Shown piece after piece: positions 22,345-32,315 of a stretch of 64,000 nucleotides of DNA. Source of the stretch: a virus (Duplodnaviria > Heunggongvirae > Uroviricota > Caudoviricetes); the IMG/VR virus record IMGVR_UViG_3300025723_001543, positions 29,307-93,306 of that record, one strand, 5' to 3'. The notes under the pieces were generated by a model. That model was not told the origin of the DNA, did no database searches, and saw only the letters and a list, made by a program, of their open reading frames with translations. The position numbers and the translations under genes are program-made. The stretch's first letter is position 1, and each line of letters begins with the position of its first letter.

Positions 22345-24090
22345 TTATTTACCACCACCGCCACCACATCCACCACCGCCACCTGCGCCAGAAGAACTAG
22401 ATTTGCCGGGGTAAGAAGTATGAAGCTTCATATCAACACCACGAAATTGTAATTTTTTAATTTTAATAAGATGGCCAGCTGGGTCTCTTACATTTAAATC
22501 TTCATGACAATTCCATTTACGAAGAGAAAGAGCTTTTCTTGTTGGCTTACCATTATCATCTTTCATTGGACCCGGCATACCACTCATACGAGCACAAAAT
22601 GATTTGCGTCTTTTTGCTGCCTTTGAACCCGGTTTTAGTTTAGAAGGTTTAGTTGTTACAGCTGTTTGAAGATGTGAACCGGGATGTTCTCTACGATAAG
22701 AGTCAACTCCTTTTTGATTTAGTCCACCAGTCTGATTCTTACCTTCTTTTTTCTGCCATGCAGCAACTTCATCAAGCGAATTAAATTCTTCGTTTCTTGC
22801 AGCCCACATATTATCGACCATGTTTGGATATGGTCTTCCATGAGATTTAGCACGAGCTTTTGCTTTTGCTTTAGCTACAGGAGAAAGTTTTTCATGATGC
22901 TTTACAGGATTTGGTTTATCCCAAACTTCAGATTCATCAACAATCTGTTTTTGAATTTCTTGCTGGCGATATGGTCCTGTAGATTTTTTTCTATCAGTTC
23001 CAAGATTTCTTACTGTTAGATCAAGTTTCTTTCTTGGTTGACCAGAACGAGGAATAGCCTCACGATTTTCTGATTCAAGGAAAGATTCAAAAGCATTATT
23101 TACTTTTGCTGTTCTTTTAAATACATTCTGTACCTTATTTTTTTCGCCGGGAGTATCATGCTTGAATGTTTTTACCAACATATCAGTTCCATCATCTCTT
23201 TGATGGCTATCATTTGGATCAAGCTTTACAGATTCTTTTGCTACAACTTTTGAAGTTTTATTTGTATTTTTTGATCCAGTCATTATATTATCTTTCGTAT
23301 CTGATTGAGGAGCAATATTAGCATCCTGTTCTCCATCAGAATAATGAATATCTTCATGATCCTGCATTATCTGTTGCATAAGAGCATTGATTTCATTTGC
23401 GTCAGCCACATTATTAGAAACATAATTAGGAGAATCAGTATCTGCAGAACCAGAAATATATCCCATTCCTCTTATGCCACCAAAGCCAGCACAGTTCACA
23501 GCCATTTCATTAATAAAATCTACTGTTTCTTTTAAGTTATCAGTATCAACAAATTCTTTCTTAAGAAATCTTTTTGCTTCTTTTTTCTTTACAGCTGGAA
23601 TCAAACGCAAGGCAAGTCTATTGACGCCATCGCTATTTTTACCCATAATTTTTTCAATTCTTTGTTTTTCCATAGCAGAAAGATCAGATATTTTTCTATT
23701 ACCAGCAAGTTTAGTTTTAATGATATTAAGTGCTAGTACTTTTGCTCTCTTAGCAATTACTTTAGCAGAACCTTTTCTAAGCATTGATTTGTTTCTGGCA
23801 AGTTCTACTTTACTTTTTATTCTTTTAAAATTAATAGCTTTCTTCATTCTTTGTTGAGTAGTCAATTCATTAATAGGTTCGCCAAAAAAATCACCAAAAG
23901 AATTATTTAAAAGATTTTTTTGCTCAGGGTTGATAATGATTTTATCTGGTCTTGATCCAGTCATAGTTAGTCCCTTATCAATAGGGTCATTATGCTGTTT
24001 AGTAACCATCTTCTTTATTTTTTCCCCACCAGTAGCTTGCGCTGCTCCTTGTTGGGTATTAGAATTTTGTGTGTTATCGTGACTGGGCAT
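22345..24090 (-). CDS. Mosaic basic protein, putative internal head polyprotein
   Basis: Modules seen in T4-like phages (AAWQKKEGKN..GGLN..G..SY...PGS.L..RRKSFCARM; WDKPNP..LSP...AKARA..GRPYPN.VDNMWA) separated by xxE motifs; late promoter upstream. Confidence 0.7.
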   Translation of the reverse strand: MPSHDNTQNSNTQQGAAQATGGEKIKKMVTKQHNDPIDKGLTMTGSRPDKIIINPEQKNLLNNSFGDFFGEPINELTTQQRMKKAINFKRIKSKVELARNKSMLRKGSAKVIAKRAKVLALNIIKTKLAGNRKISDLSAMEKQRIEKIMGKNSDGVNRLALRLIPAVKKKEAKRFLKKEFVDTDNLKETVDFINEMAVNCAGFGGIRGMGYISGSADTDSPNYVSNNVADANEINALMQQIMQDHEDIHYSDGEQDANIAPQSDTKDNIMTGSKNTNKTSKVVAKESVKLDPNDSHQRDDGTDMLVKTFKHDTPGEKNKVQNVFKRTAKVNNAFESFLESENREAIPRSGQPRKKLDLTVRNLGTDRKKSTGPYRQQEIQKQIVDESEVWDKPNPVKHHEKLSPVAKAKAKARAKSHGRPYPNMVDNMWAARNEEFNSLDEVAAWQKKEGKNQTGGLNQKGVDSYRREHPGSHLQTAVTTKPSKLKPGSKAAKRRKSFCARMSGMPGPMKDDNGKPTRKALSLRKWNCHEDLNVRDPAGHLIKIKKLQFRGVDMKLHTSYPGKSSSSGAGGGGGCGGGGGK

Positions 24091-24109
24091 GGTATCCTCT
24101 TTTTACTTA

Positions 24110-24117
24110 TATTTATA
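24110..24117 (-). promoter_or_regulatory. T4 late promoter TATAAATA
   Basis: Exact consensus in the 30-nt gap before the 581-aa gene. Confidence 0.8.
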
Positions 24118-24120
24118 TAA

Positions 24121-26529
24121 TTAGAAAAAGTTAAAGAAATTTGAAGAACCACCAGCAGCAGCATAACCACAAGTTGCACTATTATATGCTATCAATGCAT
24201 TATATGTGCCACCAGCACCATCAGCATAAGTTCCATACAAATCAAAGCCAGTACAATATGTAGATAATAATGTTCCTGAAGCAATATAAGTATTGAGAAT
24301 AACTATAAGACCTTGGCCGCCATTGCCGCCAGTTTGATTACTGGTATAACTAGCTGCTCCGGCACCACCGCCACCCCCAATGGTTCCAGATCTATTTGTC
24401 GATGATGAAGCGTAACTACCACCAGCGCCGCCAGCACTACCAGCAACACCTAATATTTCTGTACCTTCTGAACCTGCACCACCAACACCAGCAACATTAC
24501 TACCACCACCACCGCCGCCATTTATGCCAGAAGTAGCAACAGCACCACCACCCGAACCTAACCATCCATTACCACCAGCAGCCGCTGTTGCACTAGTTGC
24601 ATTGCTGGCGGAAGCGCCACCACCATTTCCACCACCACCACCACCACCAGCAGTAGCAGTGTTATTATTAACATTATAACTACCATTACCACCATTTCCA
24701 CGTGGACCAGCAGCACCGCCACCACCTGCGCCAGCAGCAGCGTAAGATGCACTAATTGATGAACCAACAGCGCCACCTGTTCCACCTGTATATGTTCCTG
24801 TTCCACCGCTACCACCAGAACCTGAAGAATAACTGCCACCGCCGCCGCCACCAGCAACGTAAGCGCCTGAAGCCCAAGTAGTTGAACCACCAGCAGAACC
24901 AGGTCCACTTAATCCCCCACTACCGCCACTACCTATTGTAATAGCAACAGACGACCCAGCTGTTCCTGAATAATTTGATACTAAGGTATATCCACCACCA
25001 CCTCCTCCACCACCGTTATGACGAAGTGGTGTTCCGACACCAACACCACCTCCTCCTCCACCACCACCACCAATCAAATAAATTTGATTGTTATTTGGAT
25101 TCCAGTTAGAAGGTAACGTCCATGAAGTTAAGCCAGTATTTGTTATTAAATATGCATCTTGATTATGATCAATAAACGCACCTCCACTCATCCCTCCCGC
25201 ATTAGTTGAACCAGAACCAAGTTTCCATATAAATGGAGTAGAACCATTAGTTGTATCTGGCAAGTTGCCAAATGATATGTTAGATATAGTTAATGCTCCT
25301 AATCCACCAGCTGGATTACCAGATCCAGTCCAAACAATAGATGAGACATTTGCAGCGTTTGTTCCTCCCGAAAGAGTTAAATAATTTGATCCATCTCCAA
25401 TTTTTCCAGGATTAGATAGATAATAGCTGGCTCCTTGTGTAAATGTTATTGTAGCTGTTCCAGAAGATTGAAACCCACCAAATGTTACTGCATAATTGCC
25501 GCTTAATGTTAATGTTCCGCCAGAGTTTAATAATATCCATGGATAAACCCAACCACCATTACTCGAACCAGTTAAGAATGTTTTGGCAGAAGAGTTTGTA
25601 GTTATATAATAACACGTACCTGTTCCAGCTGTTACAGTAAAATATGCAGTAGCACTATTATTAAATGGTGTTGTACCAGTCGCATAAATACTACCACCGT
25701 TTAATGTCATGCCTTTAGGATTTGCAGCACCTGCAGAAAAAGCTGAGCATGATACTGTTTGACCATTTAAATTTAAATAACCAGCATATATTTGTAAACT
25801 CCCACCAATTGTAAGAGAATCTAATAACGTAAATGTAGAATTATTTGTTGTGGTTCCGGAATACAAATAACAGAAACTACTTACAGTTATTGTTGCTCCG
25901 TTCGTTTGAACATTGTAAGAACTTGCGCCACCTGAATATGTTGCACCATTATTATAACCAAGTACAAATTGTGCTGCGTTAAAAGATAATGAACCCTGAT
26001 TTATAAAATTACCAGAGCAATACATTCCTATGCCAGATACTGTTGTAGAAGCTCCGCTATAATTATAAAAAGAACCACCATACGTTATTGCATTTACGCC
26101 AGCAGTTTGAGTTATATTTAAAGTACCATAATTGTAAAAAGAACCGCCAGATTGATAACCAGAAAGATGATTGACGCTAGTACTAGCGCCAGAAAAGGTA
26201 CATGTACCATTATTTGTAAAAGTATTAAATAACGATGCGCCACTACTACCTGAAGCAAATGTCACTGTACCGCTATTTGTTACTGTACCAATTGTAAGAG
26301 AATATGTACCTAAACTAAAAGTAACAGAACCAGCATTAACATTAATCGTACAAGATGGTGCAGTAAATGTAGCACCTAAAGTAACAGTATAAGTTGATGC
26401 TCGATCAAAAATTAATGTATCGCCAGTTGTTGGTGCAGTAGTATTTGCTGGCCCGCCTGATGACAAAGACCAATTAGCTGCTGTAAGAAAAACTCCACCA
26501 GTAGTTAAACGCCAATACTTTGTTGCCAT
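24121..26529 (-). CDS. Glycine-rich tail fibre / adhesin
   Basis: MATKYW...NWS..GG...PT.GD...FD beta-helix-type N-terminus, polyglycine-rich C-terminal domain, NFFNFF end. Confidence 0.75.
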   Translation of the reverse strand: MATKYWRLTTGGVFLTAANWSLSSGGPANTTAPTTGDTLIFDRASTYTVTLGATFTAPSCTINVNAGSVTFSLGTYSLTIGTVTNSGTVTFASGSSGASLFNTFTNNGTCTFSGASTSVNHLSGYQSGGSFYNYGTLNITQTAGVNAITYGGSFYNYSGASTTVSGIGMYCSGNFINQGSLSFNAAQFVLGYNNGATYSGGASSYNVQTNGATITVSSFCYLYSGTTTNNSTFTLLDSLTIGGSLQIYAGYLNLNGQTVSCSAFSAGAANPKGMTLNGGSIYATGTTPFNNSATAYFTVTAGTGTCYYITTNSSAKTFLTGSSNGGWVYPWILLNSGGTLTLSGNYAVTFGGFQSSGTATITFTQGASYYLSNPGKIGDGSNYLTLSGGTNAANVSSIVWTGSGNPAGGLGALTISNISFGNLPDTTNGSTPFIWKLGSGSTNAGGMSGGAFIDHNQDAYLITNTGLTSWTLPSNWNPNNNQIYLIGGGGGGGGGVGVGTPLRHNGGGGGGGGYTLVSNYSGTAGSSVAITIGSGGSGGLSGPGSAGGSTTWASGAYVAGGGGGGSYSSGSGGSGGTGTYTGGTGGAVGSSISASYAAAGAGGGGAAGPRGNGGNGSYNVNNNTATAGGGGGGGNGGGASASNATSATAAAGGNGWLGSGGGAVATSGINGGGGGGSNVAGVGGAGSEGTEILGVAGSAGGAGGSYASSSTNRSGTIGGGGGAGAASYTSNQTGGNGGQGLIVILNTYIASGTLLSTYCTGFDLYGTYADGAGGTYNALIAYNSATCGYAAAGGSSNFFNFF

Positions 26530-26762
26530 TAAGCTGTACTCGTATCAGTATTTGACGTAGTATCAGTATCATCTACTACTTGACTAGCAGCAATTACAAA
26601 GGCGTACCACTTATCATACCTGTCCTGTTTCATTTGTTGAATTTGTTCAGGTGTATATGAATTATACTCATCGGCGGGCATAAGAATTGAACATGTAAAT
26701 CTAAAACTACCATCTGGTTGCGACATTTCAAAATTATCAGAAATAAGATTTGTAATAGCCAT
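26529..26762 (-). CDS. Small fibre-associated protein (77 aa), possible assembly helper
   Basis: AGGAG RBS before MAITNL at 26762; lies between two fibre genes. Confidence 0.65.
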   Translation of the reverse strand: MAITNLISDNFEMSQPDGSFRFTCSILMPADEYNSYTPEQIQQMKQDRYDKWYAFVIAASQVVDDTDTTSNTDTSTA

Positions 26763-26778
26763 AATGTATACTCCTATT

Positions 26779-29700
26779 TTATGCTTGTGTTCCAACTGCG
26801 ATAACATCCCAGTAAGATTCGTCTGAATTATATACACAACCAATATATGTTACTTTATTGACTGTAGTTGTTGTTGGTAATGTTGTACCAAGAATACGAA
26901 AAGAACCTGAACCTGTAGTTGTCCAGGTTAGTGTTTGAGCAGTACCGTTATCTTTAATTCTAAACATTAACTTAGTACCATTAGTTGGTAAAAACGTTGA
27001 AGCATTAATTGTCAGTGTTGCAGCTAATGCTGTAAATACATACAAATCATATGATGCTGTGGTTGGTGTAACAGAAGAAGCAGATGCTGTGCTTGATACT
27101 CTCGGTGTATACTGACCGCTACTAGATGCTGCCGCCCAATAAGTAGCGCTACCATTAGATGTCAATACCTGACCAGTCACACCATTAGAACTATTAGCAG
27201 TGAGCGAACCAGTAATAACAATATTATTTACTGATATTGATTGCCCATTTGAAAATCCACCACCAGTTCCAGAACCAGCTGATCCTGTGTAACCAATATT
27301 TCCTATAGAACCAGAATAACCTAATGAACCAACATACCCAGTTCCGATTGATCCCGTATAACCAGAAGAACCAGCATATCCAACGCCAACAGAACCTGTA
27401 TATCCGGTCGATCCAAATGATCCTGTGTAGCCAAGATTTCCTTGTGATCCAGTATATCCAGTTCCACCTTGTGATCCAACAAACCCTGAGTTTCCTGTTG
27501 TTCCTTGAGTTCCTTGTGATCCAGTAAATCCAGTTCCACCACTTGTTCCCGCAGAACCTACAAATCCAGTTGAACCCCAATATCCTTGAGAACCTTGCGA
27601 ACCAACAAACCCTACTGATCCTGCATAACCAAGATTGCCTTGCGAACCAACAAAACCTGTTGTTCCTTGCGAACCAACAAAACCTGTTGTTCCTTGTGAT
27701 CCAACAAATCCAGTTGTTCCTTGTGATCCAACAAATCCTGTTGATCCAGCATAGCCTAAATTGCCTTGTGAACCAGCGTATCCAAAATTACCTTGTGATC
27801 CAACAAATCCAGTTGTTCCTTGTGATCCAACAAATCCAGTTGTTCCTTGTGATCCAACAAATCCTGTTGATCCAGCATAGCCTAAATTGCCTTGTGATCC
27901 GGCATAACCAAGATTTCCCTGTGATCCGACAAATCCTGTTGTTCCTTGCGAACCGGCATATCCTTGATTACCTTGTGATCCAGTATATCCCAAATTACCT
28001 TGTGATCCAGTAAATCCTGATATACCTGTTCCCCAAAATACACCACCAGTAGAATTTGCTTTCAATACTTGTGTGTCAGTTCCATAAGAACCATTTGCAG
28101 ATATTTTATAATTTGTAAATGTTATAGTTGAATTATTAACTGAAAAATTTGATCCAAGATTTATAGATGAAGTAGCACCAGTTAAAGCTAGACCACCGGG
28201 AGTCAGATTTGTATATACAGTGTTATTGCCCATCTGAAGAAGTGATGCATTAGCAAAAAACAAATCAGTCTGTGTTGCAAATATACTTCCTTGTGGAGCA
28301 TATATTGAACGACCACCGGGTCCATTCACGCCGGGATCACCAAGAGCAATAAATGCAGATGTAAGTTGACCGGGAATATTATAATAAGGCGAAATTGTTA
28401 CTAAGTTTGCAGCATCACCAAGTGTTCCAACATTGATAGAATTTGATGATAGAATACCATTTGAAGTATTAAGAACAGTATTAAAAGTATATGTTCCAGT
28501 TAAAGTATATGTTCCAGAAGTATTGACATAAGCTGCAGCTGCAACACCACCAAGATAAGATGCATTATTAGCAGAAAGTAAAGCAACATTACCAGCTAAT
28601 CCAGATATTGCCTGATAACTTGATAAATCTGTACCAATAGTCAAAGTTTTTGATATACTATTAGTAGTCAGAATGACTGCGTATCCATTTGCAACTGTAA
28701 GAGTATCTTCACCAAATGCAGTTATTATACTTTGACCAGCGACATTGATATACTTATATCCAGACCCAAGACTTACAAATACATTTCCAGAACCCTGATC
28801 CGTTACATGAAGACCAGTAGATTCATCAAAATTAATTCCAGTAATTCCAGAAACAGAAGTATTAACTGCTCCCCCATTACCATTGGTGCTTCTTACAGTA
28901 ACAGAAGGAAGTGTTGACCAATATACTTTATTAGAACTTCCGTTTGATGTTAATACTTGTCCAACACTTCCAGAAGTACTACCAGCAATAATTTCAGAAT
29001 TTATAACAAGATTTGCATTATGTGTATATACACCCGTGATAGTATATGCACCAGAAGTATTAGTATAATAACTTGCTGCTACACCACCAAGATAAGATGC
29101 ATTATTAGATGTTACTGCATTATTAACATTTAAATTAACTTCTGATTTATTATTTAAATAAGATGCATTATTAGATGTTACTGCATTATTAACATTTAAA
29201 TTAGCTTCTGATTTATTATTCAAATAAGAAGAATTGTTTGCTGTTACTGCATTATTAACATTAAGATTGCCTTCAGTTTTTCCAAAAGCATATGTAGAAT
29301 TATTTACATTAAGATTGCCTTCAGTTTTTCCAAAAGCATATGTTGTATTGTTTGCAGTTCCAGAATAATTAGTCGAAGTTGTTGTAGTAAATATTGTAGA
29401 GTTACCAGCAATAAAACTATTTGCTTGAATAATACCAAGTGTAAGACCAGCAGGGTCTCCGGCTGCAGCATCTGTCGAATTGTTATAATAAGTTAAAACA
29501 GAATTTGCTGGATTTATAACAAGCAAAGCTTGTCTATCTTGTGTATCAAAATAATGGAAAGCAGTACCAACTAATCTTCCATCATTTCCTGTAAGAGGAG
29601 CAAGATTTGCTGCAGTATGAAGACTTATAACAGCGTCTTGAACAATAAGATTGTTTGCACCAATAATAAAAGTATTTCCAGTAAATGTTAAGTTGCCACC

Positions 29701-32274
29701 TATGGAAACATTTCCAGAAACAGTAAGATTATTATTAATAACTACTGCACCGCCATATGTTGCACCAGAAAGAGCAGCATAATTTGCAAGATTTGCTTGT
29801 AACTGTGAGTTAGAAACAACATTTGCAGCTGAAACATCGCCAACATATGCTGTATTATTAGAAGTTAAATTTGATACACTAGATGAAAGACCAGATATTG
29901 TTTGATAATTTGCTAAATTTGCAATTAATTGTGCGTTAGAAACAACATTTGCAGCCGAAACCGCACCAACAAACAAAGTATTATTGGCTGTTCCAGTAAA
30001 TGAAGTTGCATTAACAACGCCATTAACGTATAATCCTGTAGTATTAGCAATTGCCATAACAATATTAGCAACACCACCAGTATATAATGTCAAACCATCA
30101 GCTGATCCAACAGATATTCTACCATTTCCAGTAATATAATCCATAACAATGCCATCTCCGTAAACAGGAGAACCAGCAAAAGTTGAATTTGAATAGAACC
30201 CATTTCCAGAAACAATTTCATTATTTACAGCAAGAACACCATTAACAATAAGATTTGCATTATGAGTATGAACACCAGTTATTGTATAAGAACCAGACGT
30301 ATTAATATAAGATGCTGCAGCAACACCACCAAGATAAGATGCATTATTAGCAGAAAGTAAAGCAACGTTACCAGAAAGACCAGCAGTTGTTTGATAATTT
30401 GAAAGATTACTTGATAGTTGTGAAGTATTTACATAGAATTGATTGCTGACATACAATACTGCATTAGAATATGCTGCAGATGCATTTGCAGTTATTGCTG
30501 TATTTACAAGTCCAATTACTGTATCAGTATGATAGACTGAATTGCTATACGCTGCAGATGCATTTGCAGTTATTGCTGTATTTACAAGACCAATTACTGT
30601 GTCCGTGTGAGCAACAGAGTTTGAATATGCTGCAGATGCATTAGCAGTTATTGCAGTATTGACTAAACTAATCTTAGTATCTGTGTAAAGAACAGAATTA
30701 CTGTATGCAGTAGAAGAATTTGATGTAATAGCAGTATTGACTAACCCTATTACTGTATCAGTATAATAGACTGAATTGCTATACGCTGAACTTGCATTAG
30801 CAGTGATTGCAGTATTGACTAAACCAATTACAGTGTCTGTATGAGCAACAGAGTTTGAATATGCTGCAGATGCGTTTGCAGTTATTGCAGTATTGACTAA
30901 ACCAATTACTGTATCAGTATGATAAACCGAATTACTATAAGCAGATGATGCGTTTGCAGTGATTGCAGTATTGACTAAACCAATTACTGTGTCGGTGTGA
31001 TAGACTGCATTTGAATAAGCAGTAGCAGAATTTGCAGTGATTGCAGTATTGACTAAACCAATAACAGTATCAGTATGATAGACTGAATTGCTATATGCTG
31101 AACTTGCATTTGCAGTTATTGCAGTATTTACATAACCAATAACAGTGTCTGTATGATTTACTGAATTACTGTAAGCAGCTGATACATTTGCAGTTATTGC
31201 AGTATTGACTAAACCAATAACAGTATCAGTATGATATACAGAGTTAGAATATGCTGCAGATGCATTTGCAGTTATTGCAGTATTTACATAACCAATAACA
31301 GTGTCTGTATGATTTACGGAATTTAAATAAGAAGTTGCTACACTTGTTGATATATAAGTATTTACTAATCCAATCTTAGTATCTGTGTAAAGAACAGAAT
31401 TAGCATATGTAGTATTTAAATTAGCTGTTAATAAAGTAGTGTTGGTATAATATGCTAGATTACCAGACAGTTGTGAATTTGAAACAACATTTGCAGCTGA
31501 AACAGAGCCAACATAAAGAGTATTGTTAGCGGTTCCAGCAAAAGAAGAATTCCAATATATTCCACCAGTAGAATTTGATGTTAGTATTTGTGCAGATGTT
31601 CCAAGTTGATTATTGGCATATATTTCATTTACTTTTAATGTACCAGCTGGATTTCCATTTATATCGAGAAATTCTAATTTGCTAGAAGTAAGATTAAAGT
31701 AAGATGAGTTGTTGCCTAATTGTATTTGTGAACTGTTTGCAAAAAAGAAAGTTTGTGGTGTAGCATAAGGACTACCTTGTGGAAAAAACCATGGATATGT
31801 TCCAGGTCCATTTTGCAAAGTATTGACGCCATATCCCAATCCTATAGTTGGACCGGTTATTTGTGAATTATTATTTGTAAGATTTGCAGATAAAATATAA
31901 CTTGTGGATGATACTGTATTTGATACAGTTAGTGTATTGCTTGATGAATTGAAAGTAAAACCGGGGCTACCATTAGCAACACCATTATTATTAAATACAA
32001 CTTGAGAATCAGAACCAGCTATAGGACCATACGAACCAGTATATCCTTGTGAACCAGTATATGCTCTTGATCCTGTATAACCTATGACAGTACTTTGTGA
32101 TCCAGTATAACCACGTATACCTCCATAAGGAAGATCAGACCAATGTGTTAAACCATCACCAACTTTAAATAAAGAAGTATCTATTTCAATCGCCAATTCT
32201 GCAAGTGCTAATATTGTATTAGCTGCAGCCCATTGAGCAGAAGTACCTCTTCGTAATTGTATTTGAATTGCCAT
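26779..32274 (-). CDS. 1831-aa fibre protein: Mtd/hyaluronidase-like N-terminal anchor, 26-aa coiled-coil repeats, GYxGS repeats, C-terminal adaptor domain
   Basis: IQLRRGT..QW...N.ILA..E...E.DT..FKVGDG...W..LPY N-terminus; repeats as translated. Confidence 0.85.
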   Translation of the reverse strand: MAIQIQLRRGTSAQWAAANTILALAELAIEIDTSLFKVGDGLTHWSDLPYGGIRGYTGSQSTVIGYTGSRAYTGSQGYTGSYGPIAGSDSQVVFNNNGVANGSPGFTFNSSSNTLTVSNTVSSTSYILSANLTNNNSQITGPTIGLGYGVNTLQNGPGTYPWFFPQGSPYATPQTFFFANSSQIQLGNNSSYFNLTSSKLEFLDINGNPAGTLKVNEIYANNQLGTSAQILTSNSTGGIYWNSSFAGTANNTLYVGSVSAANVVSNSQLSGNLAYYTNTTLLTANLNTTYANSVLYTDTKIGLVNTYISTSVATSYLNSVNHTDTVIGYVNTAITANASAAYSNSVYHTDTVIGLVNTAITANVSAAYSNSVNHTDTVIGYVNTAITANASSAYSNSVYHTDTVIGLVNTAITANSATAYSNAVYHTDTVIGLVNTAITANASSAYSNSVYHTDTVIGLVNTAITANASAAYSNSVAHTDTVIGLVNTAITANASSAYSNSVYYTDTVIGLVNTAITSNSSTAYSNSVLYTDTKISLVNTAITANASAAYSNSVAHTDTVIGLVNTAITANASAAYSNSVYHTDTVIGLVNTAITANASAAYSNAVLYVSNQFYVNTSQLSSNLSNYQTTAGLSGNVALLSANNASYLGGVAAASYINTSGSYTITGVHTHNANLIVNGVLAVNNEIVSGNGFYSNSTFAGSPVYGDGIVMDYITGNGRISVGSADGLTLYTGGVANIVMAIANTTGLYVNGVVNATSFTGTANNTLFVGAVSAANVVSNAQLIANLANYQTISGLSSSVSNLTSNNTAYVGDVSAANVVSNSQLQANLANYAALSGATYGGAVVINNNLTVSGNVSIGGNLTFTGNTFIIGANNLIVQDAVISLHTAANLAPLTGNDGRLVGTAFHYFDTQDRQALLVINPANSVLTYYNNSTDAAAGDPAGLTLGIIQANSFIAGNSTIFTTTTSTNYSGTANNTTYAFGKTEGNLNVNNSTYAFGKTEGNLNVNNAVTANNSSYLNNKSEANLNVNNAVTSNNASYLNNKSEVNLNVNNAVTSNNASYLGGVAASYYTNTSGAYTITGVYTHNANLVINSEIIAGSTSGSVGQVLTSNGSSNKVYWSTLPSVTVRSTNGNGGAVNTSVSGITGINFDESTGLHVTDQGSGNVFVSLGSGYKYINVAGQSIITAFGEDTLTVANGYAVILTTNSISKTLTIGTDLSSYQAISGLAGNVALLSANNASYLGGVAAAAYVNTSGTYTLTGTYTFNTVLNTSNGILSSNSINVGTLGDAANLVTISPYYNIPGQLTSAFIALGDPGVNGPGGRSIYAPQGSIFATQTDLFFANASLLQMGNNTVYTNLTPGGLALTGATSSINLGSNFSVNNSTITFTNYKISANGSYGTDTQVLKANSTGGVFWGTGISGFTGSQGNLGYTGSQGNQGYAGSQGTTGFVGSQGNLGYAGSQGNLGYAGSTGFVGSQGTTGFVGSQGTTGFVGSQGNFGYAGSQGNLGYAGSTGFVGSQGTTGFVGSQGTTGFVGSQGTTGFVGSQGNLGYAGSVGFVGSQGSQGYWGSTGFVGSAGTSGGTGFTGSQGTQGTTGNSGFVGSQGGTGYTGSQGNLGYTGSFGSTGYTGSVGVGYAGSSGYTGSIGTGYVGSLGYSGSIGNIGYTGSAGSGTGGGFSNGQSISVNNIVITGSLTANSSNGVTGQVLTSNGSATYWAAASSSGQYTPRVSSTASASSVTPTTASYDLYVFTALAATLTINASTFLPTNGTKLMFRIKDNGTAQTLTWTTTGSGSFRILGTTLPTTTTVNKVTYIGCVYNSDESYWDVIAVGTQA
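30455..31402 (-). repeat. About 12 tandem 78-bp (26-codon) coding repeats
   Basis: Consensus NSVYHTDTVIGLVNTAITANAS(A/S)AYS. Confidence 0.92.
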
Positions 32275-32298
32275 TTATTTACCCATAAATTGATACTA

Positions 32299-32306
32299 TA
32301 TTTATA
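32299..32306 (-). promoter_or_regulatory. T4 late promoter TATAAATA
   Basis: Exact consensus in the intergenic gap 32275-32315. Confidence 0.8.
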
Positions 32307-32315
32307 ATCAGGTTT

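Noticed and set aside
30455-31402. 78-bp tandem repeats as a CRISPR array
   Set aside because: The units are contiguous, in-frame coding repeats with synonymous variation, no unique spacers, and no cas genes.
26779-32274. Diversity-generating retroelement target, suggested by the Mtd-like N-terminus
   Set aside because: There is no reverse transcriptase, no template/variable repeat pair differing only at adenines, and no C-type-lectin-like C-terminus in the window. The N-terminal domain is a generic anchor.
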